Part shown: piece after piece, positions 27,136 through 32,000 of the stretch | Position numbering within the stretch: position 1 is the stretch's first letter | How the letters are laid out: each line of letters begins with the position of its first letter | Source: Phycisphaera mikurensis NBRC 102666 | GTDB lineage: Bacteria > Planctomycetota > Phycisphaerae > Phycisphaerales > Phycisphaeraceae | Length of the DNA stretch: 32,000 nt | Direction: 5' to 3' | Assembly (NCBI RefSeq): GCF_000284115.1 | Contig: NC_017080.1 | Location: forward strand, 1,650,001-1,682,000 | Notes under the pieces: generated by a model | Database searches by the model: none | What the model saw: the letters and a program-made list of their open reading frames with translations, nothing else | What the model was told of the DNA's origin: nothing | Translations under genes and position numbers: made by a program

Positions 27136-27438
27136 GGGGTGGATTGGATCCGGGGTGGCGTCCCTTTTTCTCGCGGGACGGGCTCGTCTGCGAACCGGCC
27201 GCCCGCGTCGGGGGCCGGCGGGCGTCGCCCCGGACCAAGCAGCCGCCAAACACACGCGGCGGGGTCCGGGTGTCGCCCGGCGAAACCCGGGGACGCCTCC
27301 TTTGGAAGGAGAGAGGGTAGAGCGTGCGTCGCGCCGGCGTCGGGGGCGGTTGCTTACGCTCCCTGGCGATGCGCGGCGCGGCCGCGCTTGAACCGGCGGC
27401 CTCCCGCCATCCACAAGCCCGATCCTTCCGAGCCCGAC

Positions 27439-27825
27439 ATGTCCGACAAGCAAGCCATCCTCGACGCCGCCACCGAAGTCGGCAAGCTGCTCAAGGGCTC
27501 CGACGCCGTCGAGCGTCTCAACGCCGCCGCCAAGGCCTTCCGCGACGACGTGACGGCGCAGCGGACGGTCGTGGACTTCAACCGCTTCCTGCAGACGCTC
27601 GCCCAGAAGGAGAGCCAGGGCCAGCCCATCGAGGTCGAGGACAAGCGCAAGCTCACCGAGCTGCAGGACAAGGTCGCCAGCGACCCGCAGCTGCGGAACA
27701 TGCAGAAGGCGCAGATGGACTACGTCGACCTGCTCCGCGCGGTCGATCAGGCGATCCAGGCCCAGACCGGCGTGGACGACGCCACCGCGGGCGCCGGCGG
27801 CGGCGGGAACCCCTTCGGCGGGTGA
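27439..27825 (+). CDS. YlbF/YmcA family protein
   Basis: 128 aa from MSDKQAILDAATEVGKLLKGSDAVERLNAAAKAFRDD; helical protein with the YlbF family pattern. Confidence 0.75.
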   Translation: MSDKQAILDAATEVGKLLKGSDAVERLNAAAKAFRDDVTAQRTVVDFNRFLQTLAQKESQGQPIEVEDKRKLTELQDKVASDPQLRNMQKAQMDYVDLLRAVDQAIQAQTGVDDATAGAGGGGNPFGG

Positions 27826-27857
27826 GCCCGGCCGGGCGCGGCGGCCGCCCCGGCCGC

Positions 27858-29060
27858 TCAGCCGGCGTCGCCGGGCACCACCGGGTCGGGCACGGCCAGC
27901 GACTCGGCGGAGATGCCGGTGTTGCTGCCGCCGAGGGCCTCGATCCAGGCGTCGGCGGTGGCCGAGACGGAGCCGAAGTCGCCGCTTTCCACGGCCGTGT
28001 CGATCCGGCCGGGCAGCGCGGAGGCCGGCACGCCCAGCTGGGAGGTCGAGAGCTCGCGGAGGATGTTCTCGCTCTGCGTGACCAGCTGCCGCGCCGTCGG
28101 CACCTCCGCGGCGGGCAGCGCCGACGCGGCCAGCTGGCTGCTGACGAGCTTCAAGTACCGGGCGGAGGCGCGGCAGAGCCCCGCCGCGTCGGCGCGGGCG
28201 AAGCTGCCGAGGTTCCGCAGGAAGAGGTCGCTCATCGCGGCGAGCTCGGGCAGGTAGCCCGCGCCGGGGTTGGCGGCGTGCACCTCGACGCGGCGGTTGA
28301 GCAGGTCGATCACGCGGGTCCGCCCGGCGTCGCCGGCGAGCTGCTGCACCCCGGGCAGCAGCTTGCCGACCACGAAGGCGTCCGGCTCGCCCGAGGCGGC
28401 CTCGGCGAGCGTGTCCAGCAACGCCCCCCGGTCCTGTTCGCCCAGCTGGAGGCCGTCGCCGCCGGCGCGAAGCAGGTCGAGGATCACCTTGGCGGCGGTG
28501 AAGCGGACGGCCGCGTCGTCGGTCTGCAGCGCCGGGCGGATGACCGGCAGCGCCTCGCGGATCGGCGCCGTCCGCAGCAGGAGCAGCGCGTTGACCCGCT
28601 GCACCGTCGGCGTGTCCTGCGGCAGCGCGTTGATCCGCTGCGCCAGCTCGCGGCCGTACTGCTGGACGAAGCTCGGCGTCGCACCCACCGCCGTCAGCGG
28701 CGCGGTGAGCCGCTGGCGGGCCTCCGCGAGCGCCTCCACGTCGTCCGCGGAAGTCAGCGCTTCGAGGCCGGCATCCACGAAGGAGCGGACGCCGGCGACC
28801 TGGGCCTCGGAGAGCCGGCCGTCGACGCGGACGATCGCCTCCGGCAGGCTCTGCTGGGCGGCGGCCCCCGGAGCCAGGGGCAGAGCCAGAGCCAGAGCCA
28901 GGACACAGCCGGGGCCGGCGGCGTGGGCGTGGCGGGAGGGGCGGGTCGATCGTGGATCGGGTCGGGACAAGGGAACCTCTTCGTCTGCTTCGGCTGGGGA
29001 GGGGGACACGCCCCGGGGGCGCAAGAGCCCCCGGGATCGGGGCCGCGTCGGGAGGATCAT
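27858..29060 (-). CDS. Predicted secreted/helical-repeat protein of unknown function
   Basis: 400-aa frame with signal-like VLALALALPLAPGAAAQQ. ATG at 29060 overlaps the GT9 stop, but the true start may be internal. Confidence 0.6.
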   Translation of the reverse strand: MILPTRPRSRGLLRPRGVSPSPAEADEEVPLSRPDPRSTRPSRHAHAAGPGCVLALALALPLAPGAAAQQSLPEAIVRVDGRLSEAQVAGVRSFVDAGLEALTSADDVEALAEARQRLTAPLTAVGATPSFVQQYGRELAQRINALPQDTPTVQRVNALLLLRTAPIREALPVIRPALQTDDAAVRFTAAKVILDLLRAGGDGLQLGEQDRGALLDTLAEAASGEPDAFVVGKLLPGVQQLAGDAGRTRVIDLLNRRVEVHAANPGAGYLPELAAMSDLFLRNLGSFARADAAGLCRASARYLKLVSSQLAASALPAAEVPTARQLVTQSENILRELSTSQLGVPASALPGRIDTAVESGDFGSVSATADAWIEALGGSNTGISAESLAVPDPVVPGDAG

Positions 29061-30202
29061 GCCACGATCGGTGCCGACGCGTCGGGGCGAGCCGGGTCGG
29101 AGGCGTCGACGTGGCGCAGCATCCGCGTCACGGCCGCCTCGACGACCTCCGAGGGGATCCGCCGCATGTGCCGGTCGTCGTCGCCGAGGTGGCGGTAGGC
29201 GGTGGCCGCGGGGGGGGGCTCGCAGCGGATCACGGCGTGCGTCGCGGCGGGCCGGCCCCCGCGGAAGGGCCCGACCGCCGCGGGGTCGGTGGGCCCGAAC
29301 AAGCTGACCGTGGGCACGCCCAGGCCCACCGCGAGGTGGAGGCCGGCGCTGTCGTTGCCGAGGAAGCCCCGGGCCGCTTGCAGGTGGGCCATGAGCACGC
29401 CGACGCCAGCCGGCGCGACCGCGGCGACGGGCGCGGCGGGCCCGGCTCCTGCGCCGCGGACCGCCGCCTCGAACTCCGATTTCGCCTCACGGTCCGCGGG
29501 TCCGAAGAGGGCGAGCACCGGGCGACCGGCCGCGGCGACCGACCGGGCCAACGCGGCGAAGCGTTCCAGCGGCCACCGCTTGCACCCCCAGCGGGCGGTG
29601 GGGGCGAGCGCGAGGAAGCCGCCGCCGACGCCGGCCGCGGCCCGTGCCGCCGCCGCGGCGTCCCGGTCGGCCCGGGCCGTGTACAGCCGCAGGTCGGCCA
29701 CCGGCTCGATCCCGCAGGCCTGCAGCAGCGTCAGCAACCGGTCGACCGCGTGCTCCCGCGGCGGGATCCGCACCCGCCGGTTCGCCCCGACCCAGGAGCC
29801 CTCGCGGGCGGCGCGGTCGGCGACGCGCACACAGGCACCGCTGGCCGCCATGAGCAAGCCGGTGCGGGCGAGGCCCTGCAGGTCGATCGCGAGGTCGTAG
29901 CGCCTCCGCCGCAGGTCCGCGAGCAGCCCCGGCACGGAGCGTCTCCGGTGGCGATCGAAGGGGATCGCCGCGTGCAGGCCGGGGTGCTGCGCGATGGCCG
30001 GGGCAAAGGGCCGATTGACGAGCCAATCGATCCGAGCCCTCGGGAAGGCCCGCGTGAGCGAGGCCACCGCGGGCACCGTCCGCGCGACGTCGCCCAGCGC
30101 CGAGGGACGCAGGATCAACACCCGCTGCGGCGGTTCCCGCAGGCGCAGCCGCTGGAGGGCCGACGCGTCGGCGGGACCGGGCTCGGGGGACGAATCGGGC
30201 AA
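29057..30202 (-). CDS. Glycosyltransferase family 9 (ADP-heptose:LPS heptosyltransferase-like)
   Basis: 381 aa; RVLILRPSALGDVARTVPAVASLTRAFP, YDLAIDLQGLARTGLL, FLGNDSAGLHLAVGLGVPTVSLFGPTDP. Confidence 0.92.
   Translation of the reverse strand: MPDSSPEPGPADASALQRLRLREPPQRVLILRPSALGDVARTVPAVASLTRAFPRARIDWLVNRPFAPAIAQHPGLHAAIPFDRHRRRSVPGLLADLRRRRYDLAIDLQGLARTGLLMAASGACVRVADRAAREGSWVGANRRVRIPPREHAVDRLLTLLQACGIEPVADLRLYTARADRDAAAAARAAAGVGGGFLALAPTARWGCKRWPLERFAALARSVAAAGRPVLALFGPADREAKSEFEAAVRGAGAGPAAPVAAVAPAGVGVLMAHLQAARGFLGNDSAGLHLAVGLGVPTVSLFGPTDPAAVGPFRGGRPAATHAVIRCEPPPAATAYRHLGDDDRHMRRIPSEVVEAAVTRMLRHVDASDPARPDASAPIVA
29454..29499. repeat. 46-bp dyad, coding copy in GT9 gene
   Basis: CCGCGGACCG 29454-29463 and exact reverse complement CGGTCCGCGG 29490-29499. 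Confidence 0.85.
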
Positions 30203-30321
30203 CGGGCAGCGGCGGCGGGCGGCGTCGCCGGGAACCCGGCGGAGCGGGCCAAGTTAGGTTGCTCCGGCGGGAGCGACCCGCCGCCCGCGTGCGGGCGCCG
30301 CCCTACGCCCGAGAAGCGCCC

Positions 30322-31113
30322 ATGCCCACCGCGGTCATCTCCGACATCCACGGCAACATCGACGCCCTCGACGTCGTGCTCGCCGACATCGACCGCCGGA
30401 AGATCGAGCGGGTCCTCTGCCTCGGCGACATCATCGGCTACGGCCCCGACCCGGTGGCCTGCCTGGACCGGGTGATGGAGCGATGCGCCTTCGCGATGAT
30501 GGGCAACCACGACTTCGCGGTGCTCTTCGAGCCCACCAGCTTCAACACCTCCGCCGAGCAGGCCGCGTTCTGGACGCGTCGGCAATTCGAGGCCGAGCCC
30601 GACCCCGAGCTGCGTCGGAAGCGGTGGGAGTACCTGGGCAACCTCTCGATCCGCCGCTGGGAGAACGGCACGATGCTCGTGCACGCCAGCCCGCGCCGGC
30701 CGATCAACGAGTACGTCTTCCCCGACGACGTCCTGACCGCGCCGGGCAAGATGGAGCAGATCTTCAGCCGATTCGAGACCCGCTGCTTCTGCGGGCACAC
30801 GCACGTCACGGGGGTCTTCACCGACGAGCCCGACTTCTACCCGCCCGCCGACCTCGGCGGCCCGTACCTCTTCCACGACGAGGAGAAGTGCATCGTCAAC
30901 CCCGGCAGCGTCGGCCAGCCCCGCGACCGCGACCCGCGGTCGAGCTACGCGATCGTCTACGACGACGGCGAGGCCGGCGACGACGGCAAGGGCGGCCCCG
31001 CCCGCGTCGAGTTCGTCCGGCTCGAATACGACGTGCAGGCGGTGGTGGAGAAGGTCGAGCAGGTCGCGGACCTTTCGGACTTCCTTGGGCAGCGGCTGCT
31101 GGAGGGGCGGTGA
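30322..31113 (+). CDS. Metallophosphoesterase (calcineurin-like)
   Basis: 263 aa; AVISDIHGNIDALDVVL, CLGDIIGYGPDP, MMGNHD, FCGHTHV, IVNPGSVGQPRD. Confidence 0.92.
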   Translation: MPTAVISDIHGNIDALDVVLADIDRRKIERVLCLGDIIGYGPDPVACLDRVMERCAFAMMGNHDFAVLFEPTSFNTSAEQAAFWTRRQFEAEPDPELRRKRWEYLGNLSIRRWENGTMLVHASPRRPINEYVFPDDVLTAPGKMEQIFSRFETRCFCGHTHVTGVFTDEPDFYPPADLGGPYLFHDEEKCIVNPGSVGQPRDRDPRSSYAIVYDDGEAGDDGKGGPARVEFVRLEYDVQAVVEKVEQVADLSDFLGQRLLEGR

Positions 31114-31245
31114 AGGAGCGGGGAAGTGGAGGAGCGGGGAAGCGGGGAAGCGAAGAAGCGAAGAAGTGAGGAAGCGAAGAAGCGAAGAAGTGGAGGAGCG
31201 GGGAAGTGGGGAAGCGGGGAAGTGGGGAAGTGGAGGAGTGGGGGG
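31111..31245. repeat. Purine-rich minisatellite, same family as the 21.3-kb pyrimidine-rich repeat in opposite orientation
   Basis: gaaggagcggggaagtggaggagcgggg...aagcgaagaagcgaagaagtgaggaagcg..., starting at the phosphoesterase stop. Confidence 0.85.
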
Positions 31246-31395
31246 CGGGGCGGCGGGGGGCGGTTGATGGGGGCGGCGGTGGCGGGTCGGTAGGTTGCGG
31301 ACGCGGCCGCGTGTTGTTGAGTTCGGAGACGGTCCGACGCGGCTTCTGTCTTTTCCGGGTCCGTCGCCCGCGGAGCGGGCAGCCCTTTTCGAGCC

Positions 31396-31842
31396 ATGCG
31401 CACCGACTTCTCCTGCGGCATCATCCCGGTGATCCACGACGGCACCTTCCGCCGCTACCTGCTGGTGCGTCACGCCGCGGGGCACTGGTCCTTTCCCAAA
31501 GGTCACCCGGAGGTGGGCGAGAGCGACCTCGCGGCGGCGCTGCGTGAGCTGGCCGAGGAAACCGGCGTCGCCGGCGTCGACGTGCTGCCCGAGCCGGTCT
31601 TCCCGGAGACGTACGCCTTCACCAAGCGCTCCGGCAGGACCGTGCACAAGCGCGTCAACTACTTCTTGGCCCGCGTGGAGCCCGGCGCCACCGTGCGGCT
31701 CCAGGCCGAGGAGGTGAGCGACCACGCCTGGGGCCGGTGCGGCGACACATCGCGGCGGATGACCTTCGGCGAGGGCCGGAAGCTCCTGCGGGCGGCCGAC
31801 GCGTTCATCGGACGCGGCGGCGCGGCTTCCATCGGCTTGTGA
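31396..31842 (+). CDS. NUDIX hydrolase (Ap4A hydrolase-like)
   Basis: 148 aa; Nudix box GHPEVGESDLAAALRELAEETGV preceded by WSFPK. Confidence 0.93.
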   Translation: MRTDFSCGIIPVIHDGTFRRYLLVRHAAGHWSFPKGHPEVGESDLAAALRELAEETGVAGVDVLPEPVFPETYAFTKRSGRTVHKRVNYFLARVEPGATVRLQAEEVSDHAWGRCGDTSRRMTFGEGRKLLRAADAFIGRGGAASIGL

Positions 31843-31852
31843 CCCGCCGCCG

Positions 31853-31898
31853 CCGCGGACGGTCGCTGCGGACGCACCGCCGGCCGGCCCGTCCGCGG
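31853..31898. repeat. 46-bp dyad, intergenic after the NUDIX gene
   Basis: CCGCGGACGG 31853-31862 and exact reverse complement CCGTCCGCGG 31889-31898. Confidence 0.85.
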
Positions 31899-31961
31899 CG
31901 TCGACGCGGCGGGGCGGCGGTGCGCCGGCTCGACGGTGGCGGTTGCATGCCGGGGAGGTGG

Positions 31962-32000
31962 ATGCGTCACTGGATCGACGGCCGCGGGGCGAGCCCCCCG
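31962..32000 (+). CDS. Possible start of a further CDS running off the window (MRHWIDGRGASPP...)
   Basis: ATG preceded by strong SD-like GGGGAGGTGG; only 13 codons visible. Confidence 0.35.
   Translation, partial: MRHWIDGRGASPP

Noticed and set aside
27151-27300. Third copy of the palindromic element
   Set aside because: Shares short blocks (GGGGTGGCG, ACACGCGGC, GGCGTCCC...GGGACGCC) but lacks the diagnostic GGTGCCACGCCGCT arms. Similarity is too weak to call.
31659-31970. 103-aa minus-strand ORF at the window end
   Set aside because: Pro/Ala/Arg-rich translation antisense to the NUDIX gene and crossing the dyad; no family resemblance.

Overview
High-GC bacterial chromosome segment. Gene content and style resemble Planctomycetes/Phycisphaerae, but this is an inference with no database check. 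It is mostly densely packed housekeeping genes: secretin C-terminus, tyrS, gnd, rplM-rpsI, an enolase-superfamily epimerase, a fused ResB-CcsA cytochrome c maturation protein, crcB, a PpiD/SurA-like protein, thiS-thiG, folA, polX, a DciA/DUF721-like gene, aroK, rnr, a YlbF-like gene, a GT9 glycosyltransferase, a phosphoesterase, a NUDIX gene, tRNA-Pro(GGG) and tRNA-Gly(TCC). No phage, CRISPR array or defence island was seen. The most unusual signal is a dispersed, fixed-geometry 46-bp dyad, CCGCGGAC-N30-GTCCGCGG. It occurs 7 times with both CCGCGG cores exactly 40 bp apart, plus once with one mismatch in a core, in both intergenic and coding DNA, and its interior is largely unconserved. One copy overlaps the predicted tRNA-Pro promoter, and one sits symmetrically between two divergent genes. 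A second signal is a 74/75-bp tandem array of alternating perfect hairpins that starts at the 3' end of tRNA-Pro and is bounded by a 21-bp inverted repeat. A third is a pair of related ~105-110 bp palindromic extragenic elements, 20 kb apart. All motif searches were done by eye, so counts need computational confirmation.
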